64,000 nucleotides of DNA. Source: Octopus sinensis (Eukaryota). The stretch covers positions 25,358,001-25,422,000 of the forward strand of contig NC_043001.1 in assembly GCF_006345805.1 (NCBI RefSeq). Reading direction: 5' to 3'. This document shows positions 25,497 through 37,957 of the stretch, in pieces; the first letter of the stretch is position 1; the number at the start of each line of letters is the position of its first letter. The translations under genes were made by a program, and so were the position numbers. Below the pieces are notes generated by a model that was not told where the DNA came from, made no database searches, and saw nothing but the letters and a program-made list of their open reading frames with translations.

Positions 25497-26840
25497 CACA
25501 GCACCACCTTAAATGTAGGAATAGTACTTTATGGAGGCCTTACTTCAGCTTTGTAGCAGCTCAGCTATGGAAGAGGGTGGAAGTATTTTCTAGCCCTGAA
25601 GAGAAAGCCTTATCTTTGAGATGCAGTTTTGATAACGTTATAGTCGTGTAGTTGCCAATGATGGCTCATCAGAAATTAGGATCTCTAACATTTGTTGCAA
25701 TTTCAAGAGTTTTATGTGTGTTGGTCATGCATGGTTGTGTATTTCCTTGCTGTATTTGATGATTGTGTCAGGGAGCTACTGAAGATATCTTTATTATTGC
25801 ATCTCCATTGGAAGATGATTTTCAGATTAATAGAATCGGTGCATATTTGACTCGTGCATGCAGAACATTAAGGAATGAAGATTTGTGTCATAATCACAGG
25901 TGTGTCATTTTTATAACTGACGGCAAGTAGGTTGTTAATGTAGAGAAAGAAGTGTGTGGGAAATATAACCATACCTTGATGCACATGAGAGATGATAAAA
26001 TGTAGGTTGAAGAAATCTCAGTCAGCTTCAATGAAACAGTCTGCTAGGACACTTCCATTGTCAGACATGGTCAAAGCTTTGTCATTGGCAACAACATGAG
26101 TTTTGCCAAGGTCTTCTAGGACAAAAGAATGGTGCACGCCATGGGGAGAATGTCTCTAGTATATCTTATTTCTTTATTGCCCACAAGGGGCTAAACATAG
26201 AGGGGACAAACAAAGACATTAAGTTGATTACATCGACCCCAGTGCATAACTGGTACTTAATTTATCGACCCTGAAAGGATGAAAGGCAAAGTCGACCTCA
26301 GCGAATTTGAACTCGGAACGTAAAGACAGACAAAATAACACTAAGCATTTCGCCCGGCGTGCTAACGTTTCTGCCAGCTCGCCACCTGTATATCTGGCAC
26401 TACAAATGTTGTACTGGAGAAAGGAATTAGCGGGGTGGGTAGTAGGGGCACTGTCAAAGAGAAGTTTCAGGATGATTGTTAGCAGTTGTTTCTATCACCT
26501 TTGGGGTATTGGAAGTAGGGGCAAGAGGTTTGTAATTAGAAATATCGAAGAGCTTGCTTGTCTTGGAATGGAACACATAGATCAGGACAGATTCCTCTTG
26601 CAAGAAAGACTAGAATTTCATGAGAAGAGAAGCTATTATATAAAGCAATTACTTTATTATGTAAAATAGAGAGCATTTTGAGTTCAATCTCCCTGTGTAA
26701 TATGCTAGGCAAGAGTCCCCTATTATAGTCGCAAGCTTGCCATTGCCTTGTATGGAAGCCTGTCGTGTGTGAATGTTGGTAACCTATGCTGCTGCTTGTC
26801 ACTGCTTGAGTGAAACAACTTTGATTCTTTGTTGACAATA
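25497..26840 (-). pseudogene. Decayed CR1-group LINE reverse-transcriptase fragment
   Basis: Minus-strand remnants: SNYKPLAPTS (for SNYRPIALTS), a KAFD-like motif, QGMVIFPTHFFLYINNLL (for PQGSVL.P.LF...INDL), DYDTNLHS (YADD region) and LFRARKYF. Many stops and frameshifts. Confidence 0.75.
26167..26387 (-). mobile_element. SINE family B inserted in the LINE fragment
   Basis: TSD GTATATCT at 26159-26166 and 26388-26395. Confidence 0.9.
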
Positions 26841-27480
26841 TGTCTCATCACTCTGCTTGTTCAAAGACCAGTGGCGTAAAAAGATGTCCTCTACTTGAAA
26901 AAAACAGGTAAGAGCTGGTGACCAGATCAGGCATCAATTGTAAAATACTGCCTCAAATTAGTCCCCTTCTAGCAAAAGGACATTAAAATGAATGGAAGGC
27001 ATATTGTCAAAATTAGTCACCTATTTGAAACAAAGAGGCTTTTTTTTTTCCTTTTGCATTACATGGTACATGTGAGCGAGACAAGTGGGGTGGGAAAATG
27101 GTTGCTTAGTAAGTGTTGCATGCGTCGGGATGGAGACAAAAATATATCAAAAATGTGATGGTTTGCAGATGTGCTAACTTTAAACAATTTCATTAAGGAG
27201 TGGCAGTGATCAAATATAAATTTTTCTTTGTTTCCTGTATAATAAGAGTAGCTGTCATTCATTTGCAACAAGAGAGGATTTAATACAGAACTTTAAACTC
27301 CTACTTCACTAATGCTACATTGTGTTTTCACCTTTAAATAGGACATCTGAAGTTTGATCAAACATTATTATGAAACTAGCTTCTTGACAGAATTTAATAT
27401 ATATCACACATCCAATCTGACTGATTGGTTCCTACAAAAATTAAGTGAAAATCTCACATGCTGATACTTGTATAGAGCAG

Positions 27481-27812
27481 CCAACTGGCTTCCGTACCCG
27501 TGGCACGTAAAAGGGCACCATTCGAGCATGATCGTTACCAATGTCGCTTCACTGGCACCTGTGCCAGTAACACGTGTAAAAAGATCCGAGCAAGGTCATT
27601 GCCAGTACCACCTGACTGGCCCCCATGCTGGTGGCACGTAAAAGCACCCACTACATTCTCGGAGTGGTTGGCATTAGGAAGGGCATCCAGCTGTAGAAAC
27701 TCTGCCAGATCAAGATTGGAGCCTGATGCAGCCATCTGGTTCGCCAGCCCTCAGTCAAAATTGTCCAACCCATGCTAGCATGGAAAGTGGACGATGATGA
27801 TGATGATGATGT
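27481..27812 (+). mobile_element. RTE-tailed element, family C, 5'-truncated
   Basis: gtgccagtggcacgtaaaa modules, then ggttggcattaggaagggcatccagctgtagaaac and a (GAT)n tail. Confidence 0.85.
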
Positions 27813-30193
27813 TTTTATACTCAAAACCAAATTTCTCTTCCAAGCTTTCTAACATTAAGCACCTCTATTCATGATTATCTGGTTACTGTTATGTATTAAT
27901 GTTGCTATAATTCCCAACAGCAGTAATTCACAATTGTACAGCATTTTATTACCATCTGTAAACTAGTGTGATTAACCAGTGTGTGTCTAGAAACTTATCT
28001 GACATTTTTGTACGTTTCAATTGCTACATCTGACATTTACTGTGCCTTAATTTGTAGATTTAACCTTAATCCTTATACGAGTGTTGATACATTTTAAATT
28101 ATCGGCTATTGCATCATTTGAACTAATACTTGTTCAGAAATTCACTGTTTTCAGTATCCCAGTTTATAAAAAGATGATTGTAATGTATTGAATACTGCAA
28201 AATAATTCCAAAAGAAATATTTGTAATAAGGTTGAATAAAAAGTAGTGTTGGTTATTGCGGTTTAAACTCAGATCATCCTTGAGCAAACAGACCTATGAT
28301 CAGAAGTGTTCTAATCCTAACTTTTCTCTCTTAGTATATGACGAACAACATTATTCAATGTGTACCTCCTTTTCAAAAATGGTACTGTCTGCTATAAGGC
28401 TTCCTCATTGGCTTGTGATGCAGTGGTTTTGCAACATTCAAAGTTGCCATTTTAAATTGCCACAGCAAGCTACCACATATGCTATGTCATTTTTCACAGA
28501 TATTTAAAATATTTATTTGAATAAAATCTCAGAAATTTTTATTGAAATTTTAATCTCTGCTACCATAATTATTAGCTGTCCATCAACAGTAACAATGGAT
28601 TTCAAAACGAAAGGTGCATTTAGAATGGACTTTAATTTTCTTTACCATTTTAGAGGTTTCTGGCATACAAAATTGTTTAGTATTAACAACACATACTATT
28701 TTCTAAATAAACTGTTTTATTACTACTTAGCTACTGTTTTTATAAATAAAATGTCATTTGGTTTACCAAACATTTCCAAAATGGCTCTATCAAATTATAT
28801 AAATTTTTGTGTCATTAGTAACTTTCATATCCTAATAAACAACAGGAATTGAACAGTTTACAATATAATAAAGCTGGAGGGTGGGGTCTTTCTTTTTCCC
28901 CTCATTTTATCTCTGCTTTTTTACTTTCTGTCTAAATGGTTGAATGACAGGATATCATTTCATACTAGATGTAAATTTGCAAATCTCTTAAAACCTTCCC
29001 CTATTTTCAAAGATAATAATCACACTTCCAGTTTAGCAACAATGAATATCTCAATTTTCTTCTCTGTTACTCACTCAATTACTTACAAGTTACAAGGTTT
29101 CCTTGATCAAATCAGAATGTTGGAAATTAGATTTAATGTTAGAAATTAGATTTTAAGTTAAATATTAAAAATTAAATAAGTTTCCAACTATAAATGTCAT
29201 TCTTAATGTCAACCAGCCAAAATGCTCTGTGTGTGTGTGTTACTGAAAGTATGACTAACTAGAACAATAACAACAAGCATATATTATTTAATGAGTGTCT
29301 GCTCCATTCTATGCTTAATATTCATCTCCATATAACATAAACTGACCACAAGCAAATCAAGACATTTTCCTCCTACACTTAGCACATTATCCTATATGCT
29401 TAACTGTTGATGACCTGTCTGCCTATGGGCATAGAAAAATGTGTGTGTTTTGTTTAAGATTGAGGTTTTCATAGGCATTTAACTGTGAAAAATCTAAAAG
29501 AAATACTGTTTGTTGTTTATCATATTCAGCTTTATCTATTTAAGAATTCTCATATTCCAATTTAATGCTTTTCATATTTTGTTTGCTTTAACATATGTTA
29601 TATACTTTATAAAGAATGTATTCAATTCCTAAATCTACAGATATCTTTTACTGATTCCAACCAGTCAGCTGTGGCCATGCTGGGGTAGTTTTCTATTCCC
29701 ATGTGTAGCAAACTTTTCCTGTATAACAGGATACCTATGGTGGCATAAATATGGTTTTGTAGTAAAATGAAACCATTCAGAATGTACAAGTTTGTTAAAC
29801 GGAAAACGTTTCTTTTATGAATCTGTGTAACTATTTCTCCTCTGTTAATTGTCAGAATGTCGTGTTACCAGCTTTAAAATTACTTTGCGTTATTTGGACG
29901 GTTATTTTTGTAACTTCCAACTTCACTTGAAACAACAGCTTCTTTACTTAATTTCCTTCTTAAGAAGGAAATTATCCAATGATGTTTGTTGTTTAGCCGC
30001 AGGCCAGTTCCAGTTCAGTAGGTCCAGATCAACTGTTTATGCTTCTTGTGGTTTTTTTTTTGTTTTTTTTTTTTTTTTTTTTTTTTATTAACGCATACTG
30101 TATTGAAGATTACACTGTCCTGGATACACAGTCAGATGTGACTTCAGAGAGATTTATGTACTATTTCTAGTAGGCTGAATGATAGCATAGAGG

Positions 30194-30277
<84 letters not shown>

Positions 30278-30336
30278 CTCTCACACACACACACACAATG
30301 TTTTTGTATAAGTTCTTTAGTTAGCTTGTATCATAT

Positions 30337-30902
30337 CAAGTGAAGTCCAATGTCAAGATGATGCTGATTTGTTTCATCAATGAGAAAAGAATTTTCCACA
30401 CAGAATTTGTTCCTCCTGGTCAAACTGTTAACCAGATATTTTACTTGGCAGTTCCGAAGTGTTTGCAAGACATGGTGAGATGAAAACACCCAAAACCTTT
30501 GGCAAAGTAGAGAGTGATGGTTTCATCATGACAATGTGCCTGTGCACTCTGCCTTGGGTGTGAGACAGCTTTTGACCAAAAATGGCATGACCCCACTTAC
30601 CCACCACCCTATTCACCCAATCCTGCTCCCTGTGGCTTTTTTTTTTTTGTTCTCCCGAATAAAAGAGTCCTTAAAGGAAAACGTTTTGCAGATGTAGAAG
30701 AGGTGAAGTAAAAAATGATAGAGGTATTAAAACGCATCACTTTGCAAGAGTTCCAGGACTGCTTCAAATGGTGGAAAACGCATCTGGACTGATGCATTGC
30801 TTCAAATTGAGAATATTTTGAAGGCAGTGAAAGTGTAAGCATGTAAAACAAAGTAAATAAAATAATATTGCAAAATTTTGGTTTCTTTTGGGTACCCCCT
30901 CA
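30337..30902 (+). pseudogene. Decayed mariner (DD34D-type) transposase, 3' half with right TIR
   Basis: Reads KSNVKMMLICF...EFVPPGQTVNQ...HHDNVPVH...a YSPxxAPCxFFLF-like motif...KGKRFADVEEVK...YFEG with stops and frameshifts. TIR end ...gggtaccccctca followed by TA. Confidence 0.9.
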
Positions 30903-31427
30903 TATGTGTGTGTGTGTGTATTTGTGTTTATATTTATATCAGTTATTTATGTGGTATCCCTTTGTCCTGTAACTAAACTAAGCAGTCCAACAAATAGACT
31001 AATAAAATAAGTACCAAGGTGATATGATCAACTAAATACCCTTAAAGGCAATGCCCCTGCATGGCTTTTTTTTTTCTGTTCCTTTGTTGCATTTACTCAG
31101 TTCCAGTGTTATGGTGTAAATGCACCTTTCTTGGCCCCTTAACATAACTGAATTTAAGAGAGAATGGAAGAAGAGAAATTTACTTTGGTAAATTACGTTG
31201 AATGGTCCCAAAGGAATAAAAGACAAAGTTGCCTTCAGTCATATTTGAACTCTAAACGCAGATGGTCAGAACAAGTACTTACAAGTCTTTCTATCTGACA
31301 CTCTCGTGTCTCTGTCAATTCTTCATTTGCTTTCGTGGTTGTAGTCCAATGACTGAAACTATCAAAGAATAAAAGACATAGAGAAATTTGTATCTATCTC
31401 TTTATTTATCTATCTATCTATTTATCT

Positions 31428-31675
31428 GGAGGCTCGTGGCTTAGTGGTTAGGGTGTCAGCATCATGATCGTAAGATTGTGGTTTCAATTCCTGGACCGGG
31501 TGACACATTTTGTTCTTGAGCAAAACACTTCATTTCACGTTGCTCCAGTCTACGCAGCTGGCAAACATGAGTAACACTGCGATGGACTGGCATCCCGTCC
31601 AGCTGGGGAACACATACGCCATAGAAACTGGGAATCCGAGCCCATGAGCCTGGCTAGGCTTCAAAAAGGGCGCAT
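31428..31675 (+). mobile_element. tRNA-derived SINE, family E
   Basis: A-box TGGCTTAGTGG and B-box GGTTTCAATTCC, then ttgagcaaaacacttcatttcacgttgctccagtc core. Copies at 38348-38585 and ~56981-57213 (both minus). Confidence 0.85.
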
Positions 31676-32678
31676 TTATTATTATTATTATTATCTATTT
31701 ATCTATCTTGAGAGGGTGGTGTAAACAAACATCGAAATAGCTTCTACAGCACAACTACTAATTAACAGTCATCTAACTGATGACATCATAGAAAGACATG
31801 CAAGATTATCAAAAGACAAAATATAACAAATGCTATATAAATGAAAGGAGCAGGTTTATTTTTAAATTTTTGTTGCAAGGCTGAGGGAAAGGGGTACAGT
31901 CAAATTCATGCAAATGGTAAAGAACAAAAAAAATATAATAAAAGCAGGATCTGCTATTTGCTAGTAAAACACATACAAATAATTATACAACATTATTCAA
32001 ATAATTAAATTTACAAAAACCTTCTCACCTATGCTAGAACAGAAAAATAGATAATAATGAAAAAATAAACTTGATAGACCAACATCCTCTTATTCAAGAA
32101 TAAATACGCAAACATTGAATAAGCTCCAAGCCAATGAGTCACCTTACTGTTTATTCATATGTATGTAAATACATACACACACACACACAAATATACATAC
32201 ATGCAAGCATAAACACACTCATACACATTTACTTTTATTTGGAACTTTTTCACACTGTTTATTTATTTCTTATACTAAAGGCCACAGGTTTATAGCAAAG
32301 AAAATGGGAGTGTATGATATTCCTGCCTCTCTCAAGAGCATTTGTAAATAAAGTCAATATGCTTCCAGCCAAGAAATAGAACTGACTTTGATTCAGCTCA
32401 AGAGCTTGCCATTTATTTTATAGTTCTTCTCACTACGAAGTTTCTCACAATATTTGTCTTGAACTAATGTTTCCAATCTTCATGTAACCAATGAGTCTTG
32501 TTCCTGTCTTCTTCCCCAGTATAGAGCAGGTACCTTATTACTTCAGCTATTCAGACTGTCCGAGTTCTTCAACAGCTGGTGGTTAACTAAGTTTTAAAAA
32601 ATTGATAACCAAAACTACCTTTGTATGTAAATAACATGATTCTTTAGTAAAGAGAAAGTCTCTGCATAGTCACCTCAC

Positions 32679-33085
32679 CTGGCGAGCTGGCAGAAATGTT
32701 AGCACGCTGGGAAAAATGCTTAGCGGTAATTCGTCTGCCGTTATGTTCTGAGTTCAAATTCCACCAAGGTTAACTTTGCCTTTCATTCTTTCGGGGTCGA
32801 TAAATTAAGTACCAGTTATGCACTGGAGTCGATGCAATCAACTTAATCCCTTTGTCTGTCCTTGTTTATCCCCTCTGTGTTTAGCCCCTTGTCGGCAATA
32901 AAGACATAAGAAATTAAAACTATACTCTGCGGTTTAAAAAAAAAAGTGGGTAAGTTGATCGCATCGACTCCAGTGCATAACTGGTACTTAATTTATCAAC
33001 CCCAAAAGGATGAAAGGCAAAGTCGACCTCGGTGGAATTTGAACTCAGAATATAACGGCAGACAAAATACCGCTAAGCATTAGAG
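32679..33085. mobile_element. Two family-B SINEs tail-to-tail (32679-32910 +, ~32950-33085 -)
   Basis: Homology to the family-B consensus. Confidence 0.8.
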
Positions 33086-33825
33086 AGATGTAGTCCTGAA
33101 TATATTGTGTGAGACAAGACATGATGGTCTTGAATGGTCTTTAAACATAGGTCTGCTCGACCAGGGCTACCCTTGAGCAAACAACAACAATAATTTAGCT
33201 CTTATTAAAGATTCAGCTGAATGAGAATAGAAAAAAAAAAGTTGGAAATGATGTTGGCTCAAAACAGAAGCTGATTAGGAATATAGATAGGACTTATATA
33301 TGATTTTTAAGCTTCAGCAACCAGCTTAATTTATTTAAAGTTTTTCCAAATATTAGAAAATTTCTAATTGTTGTGAAAAGTATTGATAATGGACTCCAAA
33401 TATACTACATATAGTCGTAAAGCATCAAATAAACTGCCCTGTATCAAGGTCTTTCTGAACACCCTGGCATCAAGAACGCTATTTTTCCTGAAGTGAATCT
33501 AAAGTGAATGGAGGTTACATTTCCCATTAGATGATCTTGATCCCAGGTGAGGATTATCTATGCCAAACTTTTTATGCCACCCAATTGTAAAAGTATAAGC
33601 AAAATCTAGATTATAAGGATTGACAGCTACTATCAAAACATCTTGATAAAGTATGTAAAAATACCAACACCTTGCTTTGTTTTTTGTTTCATATTTTTTC
33701 CCTCCCCAAAAAACCAATAAATTATGGTGTACCTTGTCAAGGTTGGTACATCCTCAATGTTAGAAAATGCAACATATTTACATTAATTACAAGGACCCAA
33801 AGACTAGAATGTATATTTGACAAAA

Positions 33826-33889
33826 TCAGAATGTCTATGAAAGACGTGAGATGAAATTCGGAATGTCTATAAAAGACGTGAGATGAAAT
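33826..33889. repeat. 32-bp tandem duplication
   Basis: tc(a/g)gaatgtctat(g/a)aaagacgtgagatgaaat x2. Confidence 0.9.
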
Positions 33890-34392
33890 TATAGATAATA
33901 GAAATTGAAATAATAGATTCAAAGATGGCTGCATTTAAGCATTAACTACTAAGACTTAAAGACACGTAATAAATGCAGTAAGAAAGACAAAACTAAACAC
34001 CCTGTTGTTATTTCACCTTCATTAGATGCAGCTTATCTTAAGTGCAATATTTTTAACATGTCCTGTTTCACTGATGATTGATAGTATTTCATAGTGAGCT
34101 TCACGTTGGGATTTTGTAAGATGTCTGGCTTAACTGAACTCCACTATGCAATCAGAATTCTCATCTGCCATTCTGACTGTCTTGTGGCCATACTTATAAG
34201 TTAAAACTAAAAACAAGTATCTCTCTTTTAGTAACTGAAGAGATTTTGCGAATTTTTTTAAAGGAAGGATGAGGTACATGTTTTATTTCTGCATATAAAC
34301 AATATTAAAAGTAGTTTAATTCAATGTGTATTTTCTTGAACATGCAGACAGATAACTTATAGTAATGATCTTATTTCTGAATTTTATTTTAG

Positions 34393-34539
34393 TTATTTGG
34401 TTGCATTGTCATTGGACCAAGAACAGAAATTACAGCGAGAAGCGTGGTCGAATCAGACAGGTGGTGTTGGATCTAGTGGTGGTGCTATTTCTGAAAGTGG
34501 AGGTTTACTTGATCAAGATCACCATCCACAACTTAGCGA
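34393..34539 (+). CDS. MINDY1/2: MINDY1/2 exon carrying first MIU-like motif
   Basis: ttttattttag acceptor and GTGAGT donor, 147 nt, phase 2 to 2. Reads (D)YLVALSLDQEQKLQREAWSNQTGG...HPQLS(D), cf. human DYLIALSLQQ. Confidence 0.93.
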
Positions 34540-34807
34540 GTGAGTAATTTTCTTGAATTCAAGATACAATTCTAGCCCAGTAAATCATATAAACTTGTGA
34601 TAACTGTACTTATAAACTTGTTTTCATTTTAAAGATATTTTAGGCCGGAGTACATCCTCACCACTATATTGTCTACATTGGAATAATTCAGAAAAATATG
34701 CAGGGAACATATTTCTGTAGATCTCAAATCTATGAGATTTCATTTGTGATGCACGATATTCTTAAGTTTGATCTATTTCATCTCAGATCTAACAATTTGG
34801 TTCATAC

Positions 34808-35349
34808 GAAATCAAAATCAAAGTGAAATTCGATGACAGGCACGAGCACCATATGAGTGTGATCGTTGACATAGCAGCTAACCGGCTTCCGTGCCAGTGG
34901 CACATAAAAGGCACCATTCAAATGTGATTGTTGCCAGCTTTGCCTTACTGGCACTTGTGCCCCATGCTAGTAGGGTGCTGAGAGCACCATCCGAGCGTGA
35001 TCGTTGCCAGAGTGGCTAACTGGCTTCCGTGCTGGTGGCATATAGGAGGCACCATTCGAGCGGGATCATTACCAGCATCGCTTTACTGGCACCTGTGCCG
35101 TTCGCATGTGTAAAAAATTCGAGCGACGTCATTGCCAGTACCGCCTGACTGGCCCCCATGCCAGTGGCATGTAAAAGCACCCACTACACTCTCAGAGTGG
35201 TTGGCGTTAGGAAGGGCATCCAGCTGTAGAAACTCTGCCTGATCAGATTGGAGCCTGGTGCAGCCATCTGGTTCGCCAGCCCACAGTTAAACCGTCCAAC
35301 CCATGCTAGCATGGAAAGTGGACATTAAACAACGATGATGATGATGATG
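34808..35349 (+). mobile_element. Family C element, apparently full length (~540 bp)
   Basis: Starts with AAATCA repeats, has five ~60-70 bp modules, then the RTE-like tail and (GAT)n. Same 5' end in the minus copies 50975-51522 and 52221-52770. Confidence 0.85.
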
Positions 35350-36289
35350 ACAAGAGCATAGTTATCTCTCCTGAATACATCAGCCAATGTCTTTGGTACC
35401 AAATTGTTTTCTTAATTCATTTGTCTATAATTTTATCATAATTTACTCTTGCACATTTGATTTCAACTCATTAGATTCTAGTCACCTTAGATTTTTTAAA
35501 CTTTTTCTGATTATGGTGTTCTAGCATCTGCATGACACCGTTTGTGCATATCTTTCATATGTAAAGAGAAACACTAATATTTTCCAACACATCATGCTGT
35601 CTTCATTATGCTATTGCCATAGTCTCTTGAAATACTAATAATGCTTTCTTTGTCATCTAGATATCTCTTATTTGATTTTTATAAAACTCTTCTCTTTGGC
35701 CTTCATTTCCTCACTTTAAGTTCCTGGGTTTTTATATAATTGTAGTCATGGCACTCATAGTCATGGCCAGCGCCAGTAACACCTGAGTGGCACCTATACT
35801 GGTGACATATGAGAGGCATCTGTGCTAGTAACATGTGAGAGGCACCTGTGCCAGTAATACATAAAAGACCCCTAGTACACCCAGTATGGAATAGTTGATA
35901 TTAGGAAGGGCATCCAGCCATAGAAATCAAGCCAAAACAGACTGGAGTCTGGTGTAGCTCTCAGGAACCGGACCTAATCCTCGGGACCGTATTCCTCACC
36001 GCGAAGAGAGTGGATAACTGTGGAAATTCTTACCAGCTGCAATCAGTCTGTCTTACTCATGCCAGCATGGACATTAGCCGCTAAATGATGATGACAATGA
36101 CCACTTCTTTGTTAAGATTAGACCTTCACCTCTAAGGCAGTAATTATTTGACTTTTGCTTTTCTGTCTGTCCCCACTCTGATAGCCTTCTTGTATCCTTT
36201 TTTTTAATCCCCTTTTTATCCTTGTTTTATCAGATTTATTTTCTCATGACATTGTACCTGTTACATAACCTCCAGACTTTTCACCATCC

Positions 36290-36870
36290 TTTTTGTATTA
36301 CTTTTTTTTTCTATTATCCAGTTTTTATTTTTGTCTTTATCAATGTTTTTCTTTTACTAAATACCACATTCTTCTTACCTTCCTTTTCACCTCACACTTG
36401 AACCTTCCTCCTCTTCTTCCCCTCCGTACATTCCTCCCATACAATACAATTACCCCTACACACCTTCCTACCATATACCCACACATCCCCAGATACCACA
36501 CACACACACACACACCCATACTTCCACACACCTCCCCTTATGCCCATTTCTAGTGATTCATGTAGACACCATGCCACCTCCTCCTCCCTTCCTAACTCCC
36601 CCCCATAGTACTCCATTCCCACCTGACCCCTTTCTCCTTTTACTTTTTTAATTTTTTGTCTTACCACCTTTTCTCATTCTTTCTAGTTTTCTTGCCATCT
36701 TTTTTTAACTCTTTGTCTTTTTTTTTCTTTTCTATTTTTCTTCTGATGAAAGACTATAATCCAAAATGTCAAGACTTTTTCCCTTCATTTTAAGCATTAA
36801 ACTAACACAACATTTATTAAAACTTGTTCCTCCCTTGTTATCTTCTTTTTGTACTCATCGTCTGATATAT
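36290..36870 (+). mobile_element. Probable Penelope-like pseudo-LTR with decayed hammerhead motif (36739-36774)
   Basis: Long pyrimidine-rich tract, then TCTT-CTGATGA-A-AGA-ctataa-TCC-AAAA-TGTC-AAGA. Helix I TCTT/AAGA is intact; GAAACGTC has decayed to AAAATGTC. Confidence 0.5.
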
Positions 36871-37785
36871 ATTTCTTCTGTCTCTGTAGAAATCTTACTC
36901 ACAACCTTCTCTCCTTACTTCCTACATGTAATATAAGTTGAAAGTATTTATAATGATGATGATGATCATCATCATTATCATTTAACATCTGTTTTCAAGA
37001 CTGGCATGAGTTGGGTCAAGAGGTCTCTCATAGTTACATTTGCCATTGTGATAACGTTAACAGTTTGTTTATGATATCATCTTCAGAGAAATATTCTATA
37101 TCCATTTCATTATGATCAGCACATTCAAAGATGTCTACAAGTATAAACAAAGAATTCACTTTGACAACATTAGCTGCTGCAGAAGTCCTTTTGTCATCAT
37201 TTCTTCATCTACTACCTGATGTGACATCTTCCACTCTTTATAATAAGACAATCACCTACTAACAGGTGTAAATTGCCTGAAAGAAACTATGATCTCTTCA
37301 TCTTCCAAAGCAGAGTGGCCATTCATCATCATCATCATTTAACGTCCGCTTCCATGCTAGCATGGGTTGAACGATTTGACTGAGGTCTGGCAACCCCAAA
37401 TCGATAGTTTATGAATAACTTGTGATCATCACTCATCATTCATTTATTTTATTATTCTCATCCGTTCCCCTTACATTTATATATGAGTAAGACCAGTTTT
37501 CCCCAGCACCAGCTCTGTTAATATCAACTATACAGAAATGTGCAGTGAGTAATTGGTGCAGAGATTTTAGGATAAATCCTTACTCCATGCCCACCACTAC
37601 TTTGTACTAGAGATATAAACAGTATAGGTGTTAAATCAGTGAAGACTACTTAGATAATTGTTGATATACATCTGTGTATAACTTCCTACATTTATGTTTG
37701 AGAAATGTTTCGTTTTTGAATCTTCAAAATTTATATTAAATATTTTGAAACCCTTTTTTTTTTTGGTACTGTTTGATTTGATCAG

Positions 37786-37957
37786 TCTTGAACTTGCCAA
37801 GAAATTACAAGATGAAGAGGATCAGCGTGCCAGTGCTGCTGCAGCTGCTGCATCAAACAGGAGATCAAGAACTGGTGCAGGGTCTTGCAATACATCTTTA
37901 CCATCATCTTCAGCAGGGATGAGACGTCAAAGAGAGAGAGAGAAGGACAAAGAAAGT
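37786..37957 (+). CDS. MINDY1/2: MINDY1/2 exon carrying second MIU-like motif
   Basis: CAG acceptor and GTAAGG donor, 172 nt, phase 2 to 0. Reads (D)LELAKKLQDEEDQRASAAAAAASNRR...REREKDKES, cf. human DLELAQQLQQEE. Confidence 0.92.

Noticed and set aside
31775-31800. CTGATGA...GAAA spaced like a hammerhead
   Set aside because: No helix II or helix I pairing. The CTGATGA hits at ~7336, ~58070 and ~58964 fail likewise.
34808-35200. Regularly spaced palindromic GTGCCA/TGGCAC modules as a CRISPR-like array
   Set aside because: The 'spacers' are homologous to each other, the whole unit is dispersed as a retroposon, and there are no cas genes.
36008-36026. GTGGATAACTGTGGAAA resembling tandem bacterial DnaA boxes
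   Set aside because: Imperfect, isolated and in a eukaryotic intron; no other bacterial signal.
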